In this document: one piece after another, positions 9,906 through 19,422 of the stretch
Layout of the letters: each line of letters starts with the position of its first letter
How positions within the stretch are numbered: the first letter of the stretch is position 1
Assembly: GCA_959028445.1 (NCBI GenBank)
Contig: CAUFRY010000001.1
Coordinates: forward strand, 45,940 to 109,939
Origin: an uncultured Collinsella sp.
Lineage (GTDB): Bacteria > Actinomycetota > Coriobacteriia > Coriobacteriales > Coriobacteriaceae
Direction of reading: 5' to 3'
Length of the DNA stretch: 64,000 nucleotides
Translations under genes and position numbers: made by a program
The notes under the pieces: model-generated
The model's database searches: none
Seen by the model: the letters and a program-made list of their open reading frames with translations, nothing else
What the model was told of the DNA's origin: nothing

Positions 9906-10106
9906 GTGCGCGTCCTCCTTTACAAGTTAAGGTCAACTATATCAACGGTCGTCGACCATGCGAACACCGTTGACATTCGTACGACAGCGTCGTGTGCCGC
10001 CGTTTAATAAATAATTATCTGTGTTGATAAGAGTTTGTCATCCTTCATTCGGCGAACGGCAAGACAAAGCCGCCGAGACTTATATCCCCGACGGCATTAC
10101 CCGGCG

Positions 10107-11177
10107 CTACCGACAAACCAGATGGATCCTGCTGGCATCAAAATGCATACGCAGGGTCTCGCCTTCTTGCGGTAACCCATCCGCTGGTACGCTCAATTTG
10201 TTGACCTTCCACTGCAGACGCGTTGGCGCATCGGCCCGCGGCGCATCCAACAGCACCAGGCGCTCAAAACGCGAATCGCTCACGCGCGCCACGTGCAGGT
10301 CGTAGCTGTTGCGACCCCGCTCGGCACGGTTGTCCACATGGAAGTAGCTCGCGCGAATGCCCAGGTACGCCACATTATCGGGAACCTCGCGACCCACGTT
10401 AAAGGTCATGCCCCAATCGAGCGCCTCAACTTCTTCGTCGCCGATCTTGCGCGCCCGGCTTGTGTTCTTGCAGCCCGTCAGGCGCAGCGCCGCCAGCGTC
10501 TGCGGACGGCGGACCACGTCCTCGACGGAGCCGATCTCCTCAACATGCCCGTCGTGCATCACGCAGATGCGCTGGCACAGGCGGCACGCTTCGTCGATGT
10601 CGTGGCTCACATAGAGCACGGTGCGGTTGCATACATCGAACAGGTCGAGCATGTTCTGTTCGAGGGCGCTCTTAAGATAGGAATCGAGTGCGCTCATGGG
10701 CTCGTCGAACATAAAGATGCCCGGGTGAGCCGCCACCATACGGGCAAGCGCCACACGTTGCTGCTGACCGCCCGAGAGGCGCGCGGGATAGCGGTCGGCA
10801 AAATCGGCTAGGCCAAAGATGCCCAGGTAGCGCTCGGCAAGTTTTTTACGCGCCGCGGCGTCGCCCGCGTCCTTTACGCCGGCACATACGTTATCGGCCA
10901 CCGTCATGTTGGGAAACAGCTGATAGTTTTGGAACAGCAGGGCGCATTTGCGCTCCTGGGGCGACAGGTTGATGCCCGCCGCCGAGTCAAAAAAGGTCAC
11001 GCCGTTGACGACGATCTTGCCCTCGTCGGGCGTCTCCACACCGGCAATGCAGCGCAAGGTGCAGCTCTTGCCGCAACCCGAGGCACCCAGCAGCGCCACG
11101 CGCTCCTCGCCAGCCTCGAGCTGAATGTCGAGAGTAAAGCCGGGATAGCGCTTTTTGATATCCAGAACGAGCGACAT
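10107..11177 (-). CDS. modC: Molybdate ABC transporter ATP-binding protein
   Basis: Walker [22 protein letters not shown], downstream of modA/modB. Confidence 0.85.
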   Translation of the reverse strand: MSLVLDIKKRYPGFTLDIQLEAGEERVALLGASGCGKSCTLRCIAGVETPDEGKIVVNGVTFFDSAAGINLSPQERKCALLFQNYQLFPNMTVADNVCAGVKDAGDAAARKKLAERYLGIFGLADFADRYPARLSGGQQQRVALARMVAAHPGIFMFDEPMSALDSYLKSALEQNMLDLFDVCNRTVLYVSHDIDEACRLCQRICVMHDGHVEEIGSVEDVVRRPQTLAALRLTGCKNTSRARKIGDEEVEALDWGMTFNVGREVPDNVAYLGIRASYFHVDNRAERGRNSYDLHVARVSDSRFERLVLLDAPRADAPTRLQWKVNKLSVPADGLPQEGETLRMHFDASRIHLVCR

Positions 11178-11180
11178 GGC

Positions 11181-12680
11181 TTATCGACCTCCCTTTGCGA
11201 CCGTGTCATCGCGCATAAGCTCGGCCAACGCCTCGCGATCGATACGCAGCGCATCTCCGCCGACTGGGTCGAGCGAATCGGTCTGGCCGCCCAGCTGCTT
11301 GGCCTGCTTGCGCTCCGCGCGGGACAGGCCGCGCTCGCGATACTTTTGCGAATGCGCCGTGTACATGTTGATGAATAGGATGACCAGAAAACTGAACGCA
11401 ATTACGACCACGACCCAAAAGAGGGCCACCGACGTGTTGCCGCCCATCCACTCAAAGTAGATGGCGATGGGGATGGTCTGGGTAATGCCGGCGTAGTTGC
11501 CCGCAAAGAACAGGGTGCAGCCAAACTCGCCCATGGCACGCGCGAAGGCGAGCACCGTGCCGGCGGCAATCGAGGGCCAGCCAAGCGGCATCATAAGCTT
11601 GGTAAAGATGCGACGCTCGGACCAGCCAAGCGTGCGCGCCGCATCGAGCATCTGCGTGTCGAGGCTCTCGAAGGCTCCGAGCGCCGTGCGGTAGACCAGC
11701 GGAAACGACACAACGACGGCTGAAATGACCGCCGCGGGCCAGGTAAAGACGATCGAGATGCCGTGCGCGATGAGCCACCGGCCCACCCCGGTCGAGCGGC
11801 CAAACAGCATGAGGAGCAAAAAGCCGCAGACCGTGGGCGGCAGCACCATAGGAATCGTAAAGACCGAATCGAGCAGGCCCTTGATGCGACTCGAGGTACC
11901 CATAGTCTTCCACGCGGCAAACAGGCCCAGTGCAAAGGAAATCAGCAGGGTAAGGCCGCTCGTTTTGATAGACACCCAAAACGGACGGTAGTCGATACCA
12001 CCAAAGAAGACTGCGGCGCGCTCCGCCAGCGACGGCGGCATCGTCGTCGACACGTCCGCATACCGCACGAGGGCGGCATTATCACTCCACAGGACGCCGT
12101 CACCCAAGTCAAGCTCGACATTCGCGGCGTCGGCGGCATTCACCACCGTGTAGTAATCGCCGTTGCCGCCCTTCACCTTAAACTGATAGCGGTAATCGCC
12201 CTGCACCAGCGCGTTATCCGAGGTAAAGACCCATTCGAGCTTAGAGTCCTCCAGCAACGCCCCACCCATGGAGTGCGACTTGTCGAGCCCTACGAGCATC
12301 TTCTTGAGCGCCTTTTGGTCATCTGCCTTTGAGATGTCGAACCCCGCGTCTTTGGCGGCATGGGCGTCGACCCAGACCACGATGTTCTCGGGCGTCGTCA
12401 CCGTCACGAGGGTCGTCTTCTTGTAAATGAGAAATCGATAGCCCTCGGGCTGCCCCGCAAACGAACGGGACGTGCCCTTGGCATTGCGCTCAAACGCGTT
12501 GAGGCCAAACCCGACACCATCGATAAGCGCGGAATCTTCGGTCGCCTGGCACCCATCGGCGGTGGTGAAGAGCGCCTCGGCCCGGGCAACTCCGGGCCGC
12601 GCGATCAGCGCGCACAGGACCGCAGCCAGCACAGCCAGCAGGCGAATCGTTTTTCTTGACACGGGCGACTCCTCAAACAC
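11181..12680 (-). CDS. modB: Molybdate ABC transporter permease with a long N-terminal extension
   Basis: C-terminal PMVLPPTVCG, DAARTLG and FARAMGEFG motifs. About 220 extra N-terminal residues. Confidence 0.85.
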   Translation of the reverse strand: MFEESPVSRKTIRLLAVLAAVLCALIARPGVARAEALFTTADGCQATEDSALIDGVGFGLNAFERNAKGTSRSFAGQPEGYRFLIYKKTTLVTVTTPENIVVWVDAHAAKDAGFDISKADDQKALKKMLVGLDKSHSMGGALLEDSKLEWVFTSDNALVQGDYRYQFKVKGGNGDYYTVVNAADAANVELDLGDGVLWSDNAALVRYADVSTTMPPSLAERAAVFFGGIDYRPFWVSIKTSGLTLLISFALGLFAAWKTMGTSSRIKGLLDSVFTIPMVLPPTVCGFLLLMLFGRSTGVGRWLIAHGISIVFTWPAAVISAVVVSFPLVYRTALGAFESLDTQMLDAARTLGWSERRIFTKLMMPLGWPSIAAGTVLAFARAMGEFGCTLFFAGNYAGITQTIPIAIYFEWMGGNTSVALFWVVVVIAFSFLVILFINMYTAHSQKYRERGLSRAERKQAKQLGGQTDSLDPVGGDALRIDREALAELMRDDTVAKGGR

Positions 12681-12714
12681 ACGGTAACGGCGCTGTGGGT
12701 ACGCCGCTTCTATC

Positions 12715-12750
12715 TAAAAAGGGCGGGCGATCGCAAGAACGCCCGCCCTC
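12715..12750 (-). terminator. Hairpin/terminator between modA and modB
   Basis: AGGGCGGGCG..CGCCCGCCCT stem with a U-tract on the minus strand. Confidence 0.6.
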
Positions 12751-12780
12751 AAGGATATCGTTATCCAGTGCTCTACCGCA

Positions 12781-13662
12781 CTACTCGGAAAGCTCAAAGC
12801 CGTACTTGGCCCAAATCTTCTGTGCCTTCTTGTTGGTCAGGCAGAAGTCGATGAACGCCTTGGCCTCGTCGGCATGCTCGGAGCTCTCGGCCACGGCACC
12901 CGGGTACACAATGGGCTTGTGCGAATCCTCGGGGCACACGAAGGCCTCCTCGATGCCGTCATAGCGGTAGATGTCAGAGCTATAGACAAAGCCGGCCACG
13001 CAGTCACCCGTGGACACGTAGGCGGCAGCGGTACCGACCTTGTCGGCCAGCGCGACCTTGTCGGCGATCTCGGGCGCGTACTCGCCGTCGTCGCCCTCGG
13101 TACCGGTGTAGAGGCCCACGGAGGCCAGGGCCTGGTTGGCATACTTGCCAGCGGGAACGGTCTTGGCGTCACCAACGGCGATCTTGCCGTCCAGATTCGC
13201 GACGTCGGCGATGGCCTCGACCTTAGTGTCGGAGCCCTCGGCGCGAATGATCACGAGGTCGTTGACGAACATGTCCTCACGCGTGTCGGTGTCGACGAGC
13301 TCAGCGGTCTCAGCGTCGTCCATGGTGCCCTTGGAAGCAGTGATGAGCACGTCGACCACAGCGCCGGCCTTCATCTGCTCGACGAGGTCGCCAGAAGCCT
13401 TAAACTGCGTGTCGGCAAAGGTGGTGCCGGTCTGGTCGGTATAGAGCTCCTGAACCTCGGGCAGGGCCTTCTCGAGCGAGTTGGCGGCAAAGACCTGCAG
13501 CTCAACAGCCTTCTTCTTAGAGGAAGACTTGGCAGAGCCGGCATCGGAACCAGCGGGCTCGGACGTCTTGTTGCCCGAGCAGCCAGCAAGGCCAAGGCCG
13601 GCGGCAGCGGCAGCAGAAAGCGAGACAAAACCGCGGCGAGAAACCATATCGAACATATTCAA
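12781..13662 (-). CDS. modA: Molybdate ABC transporter substrate-binding lipoprotein (Tat-type signal)
   Basis: SRRGF twin-arginine, LAGC lipobox, FAANSL, VPAGKYA, VYSSD and IVYP motifs. Confidence 0.9.
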   Translation of the reverse strand: MNMFDMVSRRGFVSLSAAAAAGLGLAGCSGNKTSEPAGSDAGSAKSSSKKKAVELQVFAANSLEKALPEVQELYTDQTGTTFADTQFKASGDLVEQMKAGAVVDVLITASKGTMDDAETAELVDTDTREDMFVNDLVIIRAEGSDTKVEAIADVANLDGKIAVGDAKTVPAGKYANQALASVGLYTGTEGDDGEYAPEIADKVALADKVGTAAAYVSTGDCVAGFVYSSDIYRYDGIEEAFVCPEDSHKPIVYPGAVAESSEHADEAKAFIDFCLTNKKAQKIWAKYGFELSE

Positions 13663-13859
13663 CCCTTTCGGACGATTTGCCCGGGTACCCCACCGCGGGC
13701 TTTATTCTGTTACTAGATTATACTTTCTCGCGAATAATGGTAGTGAGAAATTATTCTCGCCAGAGAATATAGTTTCGAATTACCGTGCACCTCGGCGTCA
13801 CTTCGGCGGGAAACAAAGGCGGAGCAGCCGTTCAGGTCACTCCGCCGCAGGTAAACCGC

Positions 13860-14339
13860 TTAGTTGGTATGTCCGCCGCCCGCTGTCATCTGAGCCGCAT
13901 GCTCCAGCTGGTCTGCTATGGCCTCCCAGCTTTCGCGGGCGGCCTTCGTAGAACCGGGAAAGTTTACGACAAGTGTATGACCTCGTTGCATGCAAATAGC
14001 GCGCGAGAGCATGGCGCGGCGCGTCTTGGTCATGGAGTATGCGCGGATTGCCTCTGCAATACCCGGCACATCACGGTCGCAGACGGCACGCGTCGCCTCG
14101 GGCGTCACATCGCGCATCGAAAGCCCCGTGCCGCCGCAGGTGAGCACGACATTGGCGTGGCACTCATCGGCGGCTTCCACAATGGCATCACCAATCTCGC
14201 TGACGTCATCGCGCACGACCACATGTGAGGCGACCGTCCAGCCCTGCGCCTTGATAAGCTCCTCGAGTGCGGCTCCGGCCTCGTCCTGCGCAAGATCGCG
14301 TGTGTCCGAACACGTCACGATCGATATCTTCAACTCCAT
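13860..14339 (-). CDS. MogA/MoaB-family molybdopterin adenylyltransferase
   Basis: VTCSD, TCGGTGLSMRDVTPEAT and NFPGS motifs. Confidence 0.9.
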   Translation of the reverse strand: MELKISIVTCSDTRDLAQDEAGAALEELIKAQGWTVASHVVVRDDVSEIGDAIVEAADECHANVVLTCGGTGLSMRDVTPEATRAVCDRDVPGIAEAIRAYSMTKTRRAMLSRAICMQRGHTLVVNFPGSTKAARESWEAIADQLEHAAQMTAGGGHTN

Positions 14340-14349
14340 AGTCTTCCTC

Positions 14350-15612
14350 CTACAACACCGTTCCCTCGGGCAGGTCGACGCGGACAACGTCCACGACATC
14401 GCCCGCCTTGAGCTCGCACGGTCCTTCGTCAATACGCAGCAGGCAGTTGGCCCGCTGCATCGTGCCGAGCAGCGCCGAATTCTGCGTCTTGGCCTCGGTC
14501 ACCAACAGCTCACCGGTCTCGGGGTCGCGCAAAACCGTGGCGCGATCGAAGAAGCGTCGGTCCTGGCGCTTTTTCACGCCGTGCGTGAGCGTCGCCTGCT
14601 GCACGGGACGCGCGCCCTCGGCAAAGCCGTGCATCTTACGAATCGCCGGGCGGGCGAGCATCTCAAAGCCCACGTACGCTGCGGCCGGATTGCCCGAAAG
14701 TCCCAGGTATGGTTTGCCGCCGAGCAGGCCAAACGTGATGGCCTTGCCGGGACGCATTGAGATGCGATCGAACAGCACCTCACCCTCGCGCTGGACCAAC
14801 GCCGTCACGTAGTCGTAATCGCCCGCCGAGGCGCCACCACTCGTAATGACAAAATCGCACTCCTGCACGGCACGATGCACCAGCTCGGCAATCGCCTGCT
14901 CATCGTCGGGCGCAATGCCGTAGAACACGGGCTCGGCGCCGGCATCGAGCGCCTCGGCCATCAGCGCCGAGGAGTTGGAATCGCGAATCTGACCGCGCGC
15001 CGGTACCTTACTCGGTGCGACCAGTTCCGTGCCCAGCGAGATGATGCCCACACGTGGGGCAGCGTGCACCTTCACGCTCGCGTATCCGGCGCTTGCCAGC
15101 AGACCCGCGCCCGCCGGAGCCACAATCTCGCCGGCATGCATCACAACATCGCCGGCATGGGCCTCCTCGGCAGCAGAGCGAACGTTCTCCCCCACCTTTG
15201 CCGGCGCCGAGAACCTCACACGCGAGCCCTCGTTGCCGTCGCCATCGAGCACCTCGACGATCTCGTATTTCACCACGGCATCGACACCTTCGGGTACCGG
15301 CGCACCCGTCATGATGCGAACCGCCTCGCCCGTGCCAACCACGCCCTCAAAGACATGACCCGCCGCCTCGTGCCCCACGACAGAAAGCGTCACGGGCGCA
15401 TCAGTGGACGCTTTGGCGAGGTCGACGGCGCGCACGGCATACCCGTCCATGGCGCTGTTGGCAAACGGCGAAATGTCGATATCGGCCACAGCATCCTCGG
15501 CCAAGGGAAAACCAGCCGCCTGCCACACGGGAATCTCGACGAGATCGGTCGGAGCAACGTTCGACAGAACAATCGACTGTGCGTCCTCCAGCGGAATGAG
15601 TTTCTCTGCCAT
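14350..15612 (-). CDS. moeA: Molybdopterin molybdenumtransferase
   Basis: PFANSAMDGYAV, RIMTGAPVP, TSGGASAGDYD, MRPGK and GLSGNP motifs. Confidence 0.93.
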   Translation of the reverse strand: MAEKLIPLEDAQSIVLSNVAPTDLVEIPVWQAAGFPLAEDAVADIDISPFANSAMDGYAVRAVDLAKASTDAPVTLSVVGHEAAGHVFEGVVGTGEAVRIMTGAPVPEGVDAVVKYEIVEVLDGDGNEGSRVRFSAPAKVGENVRSAAEEAHAGDVVMHAGEIVAPAGAGLLASAGYASVKVHAAPRVGIISLGTELVAPSKVPARGQIRDSNSSALMAEALDAGAEPVFYGIAPDDEQAIAELVHRAVQECDFVITSGGASAGDYDYVTALVQREGEVLFDRISMRPGKAITFGLLGGKPYLGLSGNPAAAYVGFEMLARPAIRKMHGFAEGARPVQQATLTHGVKKRQDRRFFDRATVLRDPETGELLVTEAKTQNSALLGTMQRANCLLRIDEGPCELKAGDVVDVVRVDLPEGTVL

Positions 15613-15822
15613 ATGCACCTCTTAATGCCACGGCGCACAACAGGGGCGCCAATTCTTTATGCTTGTCTCAGTATAATCCCCCGACGCACGACCGCGACTC
15701 GGCCTGTACCCGCAAATACACCTGTCGGTTGCAGGCCGCGAAACAGAATGGAAACCAACCCACCGGCTCGTCGCGTTTACCGCGTTTTATAATGCTTGCG
15801 TTGCAACCTAAAAGAGGAACGT

Positions 15823-17244
15823 ATGGCTCATAACGACAAACCTGAAAGCGCAAACGAGGCGCAGGATCATTCCCAGCCGCTCGACGACGGTGGCTTTTTC
15901 TCCCTGAACGACGTCATCACGGCAGGCAGGCATCAACTTACCCGCTCCGAGCATCTCTTGGCTGCCGACACGCGCCGCAACGCCCGCAACCTACTCGCGA
16001 GCGCTAAGTTGCTCGCACTCGTCGTCATCGTCTCGCTCGCCATGGGCGTTGCCGCTTGGGCGTTTTTGGCCTCGCTGAATATCGCGACCGACTATCGCGA
16101 GCACCATGCGTGGATTTACGCGCTGCTTCCCGTTGTGGGCATGGCCACCGCGTGGGTCTACAAAAACCACGGTCTTGCCGCCAAACGCGGTAACAACCTG
16201 GTCATCGACTCCGCTCTGGGCACCCGTCTCATCCATATGCGCATGGCCGTCCTCACCTTCGTCTGCTCCACGCTCACGCACCTAACGGGCGGATCGGCCG
16301 GTCGCGAGGGAGCTGCGGTGCAGATTGGCGGCACCATCGCCAGCAACATCTCGAGCCTAGCCCACCTCAAAAAGCATGACCACCACGACCTCATGCTCGC
16401 CGGCATCTCGTCGGCCTTTGGCGCCGTATTCGGCTCGCCCCTTGCCGGGGCTTTCTTTGGCATGGAGATGTGCTTTATCGGCAAGATCGACTACACCGCG
16501 GGCATCTACTGCCTGGTCGCCTCGTTTACCGGCTACTTTACATCACTCGCCCTGGGTACCGAGTACGAAGCGAATGTCATCGCCAGCGTTCCCGCTATGA
16601 CGCCCAAAACGGTCGTCATCGTTGTTATCAGCGCAATTATCTTCGGTCTGACGGCACGCCTCTTTGCCTGGTCGGTTCGAACCGTCAAGAGCCTCTACGG
16701 TCGCTTTATCACCAATTACCTCGTTCGCGCACTCATCGGAGCACTCGTGGTTTTGGCCGCCTATGCCCTCCTCGACGCCTGGAACTACGCCGGCCTTTCC
16801 ACGTGGCTTTCCGGCGCCGGATTTGCCGGCAACACCACCCTGGCGGACGCAGCCATCAAGTTGGTCGTCACAGCGCTTACCCTAGGCGCGGGCTTCCAAG
16901 GCGGCGAGGTCACGCCCCTGTTTGGCATCGGTGCGGCGCTCGGCGGCTGGATAGGTTGCCTCGTCGGAATCGATCCCAGCTTTCTGGCAGCGCTGGGCAT
17001 GCTCGGCGTGTTCTGCGCCGGCCTTAACGTGCCCATCACCACCTGTATGATGGCCATCGACCTGTTCCACGGCACGGCAGCCGGGTTCTTTGTCATCGTG
17101 GCCTTTATCAGCTACCTAACCGCCGGTCACCGCGGCGTGTACCCCGCCCAGCGCATCATCTCACCCAAGCGCCGTTCGCTTATTGTGGATGAGGGCGGTA
17201 CGGTAGCGGATGCTATCGAGCGCCACAACGACCTGATAGAGTAG
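15823..17244 (+). CDS. CLC-family protein of the fluoride-exporter (CLC-F) clade
   Basis: GNNLV, GREGA and GGEVTP signatures of the CLC-F subclass, multiple TM helices. Confidence 0.8.
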   Translation: MAHNDKPESANEAQDHSQPLDDGGFFSLNDVITAGRHQLTRSEHLLAADTRRNARNLLASAKLLALVVIVSLAMGVAAWAFLASLNIATDYREHHAWIYALLPVVGMATAWVYKNHGLAAKRGNNLVIDSALGTRLIHMRMAVLTFVCSTLTHLTGGSAGREGAAVQIGGTIASNISSLAHLKKHDHHDLMLAGISSAFGAVFGSPLAGAFFGMEMCFIGKIDYTAGIYCLVASFTGYFTSLALGTEYEANVIASVPAMTPKTVVIVVISAIIFGLTARLFAWSVRTVKSLYGRFITNYLVRALIGALVVLAAYALLDAWNYAGLSTWLSGAGFAGNTTLADAAIKLVVTALTLGAGFQGGEVTPLFGIGAALGGWIGCLVGIDPSFLAALGMLGVFCAGLNVPITTCMMAIDLFHGTAAGFFVIVAFISYLTAGHRGVYPAQRIISPKRRSLIVDEGGTVADAIERHNDLIE

Positions 17245-17330
17245 ATGTAATAATCGCCGTGCAGCCACAATCGGGGGCAATTCGACCTGAGCGCGACCGC
17301 ACTGTCATGTCACACGCCGGGAGTCGCCCC

Positions 17331-18293
17331 ATGCACGCAACTGATTTTGGTCGCACGCTCATCATCGCCAACCCAGCCGCCCAGTCGGGCGCCGCGCGCG
17401 AAGTTGCCGAGCGCCTGCAACGCTTTTTGGACATGACCGCGCGCGCATCCCAGTTTGACCTGGTGCTGACCGAGCGCATGGGACACGCCAAGGAACTGGC
17501 CGCCCAGGCAACGGACTATCGCACCGTTATCGCACTCGGCGGCGATGGCGTGATCCACGAGGTCGTCAACGGGCTTATGACGCAGGATGAGGCGGTCCGG
17601 CCCGCCCTTGCCGTCCTGCCCGTGGGCTCCGGCAACGATTTTGCCCAAACGCTCGGTATCGATGATTTCTCCGGCAAGGATTTTGGCGCGCTGCTCACCT
17701 GCGAGCTGCAGCGTCAGGATATCGGGCGGATTCGCTCATTGAGCCCTGCGAGCGGTAGCGGCGAGGCTTCCATTGAGTACTACGACCAGACGCTTTCGGT
17801 CGGCATCGATGCCGCCATCGGCCTTGGCACCACCGAGCTGCGCAAAAAGACGGGCCTCGCCGGCGCTCCGCTCTACACCCTATCGGGACTTGAGCAGTTT
17901 GGCCTACGCTATCGCAACTACCCCATGACAGTCAGCTTTGACAGAGCGCCCGCCGAACGCGTGAGGGCGATTATCATGGCGATTCAGCTGGGTCCTACGT
18001 ATGGCTCGGGCTATCGCATCTGCCCCGATGCCGACCCCTGTGACGGCACACTCGACGTCTGCTACGCCTGCGGCCCCGTCCCTCGCGCGGTTGCCCTGCC
18101 CATGTTCCTTTCGGCCAAAGACGGCCACCACACCAAGCTGCCACCGGTTCGCATGCGCCGCTGTCGCCATGCCGAGCTTACCTTTGAGGAGCCCGACTAC
18201 CCCATCCAGGCCGACGGCGAGCCCGTTGTCGCCTCGCGCATCGAGGTCGACATCCTCGCCGGCGCCCTCCACGTCTGGCACCCCACCCGCTAA
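17331..18293 (+). CDS. Diacylglycerol kinase-family lipid kinase
   Basis: IANPAA, GGDGVIHEVVNG, PVGSGNDFA and QADGE motifs. Start uncertain. Confidence 0.85.
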   Translation: MHATDFGRTLIIANPAAQSGAAREVAERLQRFLDMTARASQFDLVLTERMGHAKELAAQATDYRTVIALGGDGVIHEVVNGLMTQDEAVRPALAVLPVGSGNDFAQTLGIDDFSGKDFGALLTCELQRQDIGRIRSLSPASGSGEASIEYYDQTLSVGIDAAIGLGTTELRKKTGLAGAPLYTLSGLEQFGLRYRNYPMTVSFDRAPAERVRAIIMAIQLGPTYGSGYRICPDADPCDGTLDVCYACGPVPRAVALPMFLSAKDGHHTKLPPVRMRRCRHAELTFEEPDYPIQADGEPVVASRIEVDILAGALHVWHPTR

Positions 18294-18300
18294 CCCAACC

Positions 18301-18371
18301 TAAGTTGCGGTGAAATAGGGACTGTCTTACGGCTTTAGCTGCATAAACAGTCCCTATTTCACCGCAACTTA
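18301..18371. repeat. Palindromic repeat, family A
   Basis: Perfect 25-bp arms TAAGTTGCGGTGAAATAGGGACTGT with a 21-nt spacer, between convergent genes. Confidence 0.85.
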
Positions 18372-18379
18372 CGAGGAGG

Positions 18380-18760
18380 CTATTCCTCCCCGCCCGGCTT
18401 GCGACGGTTGGCCTTTTTAATGGCGTTGAAGTGCTTGTCATTAAGCCTGCGCTGGCGAGAGCGCTGAGGCACCTTGGTCTTTACGCGTCGACGCGGTGGA
18501 CGCCCGCGACGCTCAAGCTCAGCGCGCAGCTTACGCAGGCAGCTCGCGCGATTCTGAAACTGGCTGCGGCTCTCACGCGCCGTCACGACAATCCCCGTGG
18601 GCCCATGTTTCATGCGCACCGCAGAGTCCGTCGTGTTCACGCCCTGCCCACCCGGACCCGTCGCGCGAAACACCTGTACCTCGCAATCGCGCGCCAGCTC
18701 CTCAACCGACATCTCGGCAAAGCGCGCATACTCGCGCCAGCCCATCTTGTTCTCGTCCAT
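18380..18760 (-). CDS. GGQ peptidyl-tRNA hydrolase, ArfB-like ribosome rescue factor
   Basis: [24 protein letters not shown] and a basic C-terminal tail. Confidence 0.85.
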   Translation of the reverse strand: MDENKMGWREYARFAEMSVEELARDCEVQVFRATGPGGQGVNTTDSAVRMKHGPTGIVVTARESRSQFQNRASCLRKLRAELERRGRPPRRRVKTKVPQRSRQRRLNDKHFNAIKKANRRKPGGEE

Positions 18761-18785
18761 ATCAACACCTCCCCTCATACAAAAA

Positions 18786-18816
18786 ATGTGACAAAGGGAC
18801 AGTCCCTTTGTCACAT
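18786..18816. repeat. Short perfect palindrome (REP-like)
   Basis: ATGTGACAAAGGGAC-A-GTCCCTTTGTCACAT, 15-bp arms. Confidence 0.6.
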
Positions 18817-18843
18817 CGCATACCAATCGCTTGTGTTGCGCGC

Positions 18844-19422
18844 TTAGGCGAAGGTGATCTCGCCGTTCTCGCAGTCCATATCGGCGATACGGGCCAAGCT
18901 CTCAACGCGGAAGCCGCGCTTACGGAGCTTATCGCCGCCGCCCTGGAAGCCCTTCTCAACGGCAATGCCAATGCCGGCAACTTCGGCGCCCGCAGCCTCG
19001 CAGATCTTAATAAGGCCCTCAAGCGCGCAGCCGTTGGCCAGGAAGTCGTCGATAATCAGGACCTTATCGCCCTCGGACAGAAAGCGCTTGCCGACAATGA
19101 CCGGGTACTCCTTCTGCTTGGTAAAGGAATAGATGGTCGTGGCATACTGCTCGCCGTCAAGGTTGATGGACTGGGCCTTCTTTGCAAAGACCACCGGCAC
19201 GCCGCCAAAATGCTGAGCTGCGATGCAGGCCATACCAATACCCGAAGCCTCAATCGTCAGGATCTTGTTGATCTCGACACCCTCGAACAGACGGGCCCAT
19301 TCGGCGCCCATGTGGTCGAACAGCTCAACGTCGCACTGGTGGTTGAGGAAGGCATCAACCTTAAGGACGTTACCGGCCTTTACGATGCCGTCATGGCGAA
19401 TACGATCCTCAAGCTCCTGCAT
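18844..19422 (-). CDS. xpt: Xanthine phosphoribosyltransferase
   Basis: [22 protein letters not shown] and IIDDFLANG motifs. Confidence 0.93.
   Translation of the reverse strand: MQELEDRIRHDGIVKAGNVLKVDAFLNHQCDVELFDHMGAEWARLFEGVEINKILTIEASGIGMACIAAQHFGGVPVVFAKKAQSINLDGEQYATTIYSFTKQKEYPVIVGKRFLSEGDKVLIIDDFLANGCALEGLIKICEAAGAEVAGIGIAVEKGFQGGGDKLRKRGFRVESLARIADMDCENGEITFA

Noticed and set aside
9670..9936. 88-aa track ORF in the DCCP leader
   Set aside because: TTG start without an evident RBS. The strong RBS serves the ATG at 9905 in a different frame.
8289..10007. 572-aa + strand ORF and similar long antisense ORFs (e.g. 29768-31684, 35797-37737, 57743-59203)
   Set aside because: Shadow frames of well-supported opposite-strand genes in high-GC DNA, with no recognisable motifs.
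13680..13800. Moco riboswitch or ModE box upstream of modA
   Set aside because: AT-rich imperfect palindromes are present, but I cannot support a match to either consensus.
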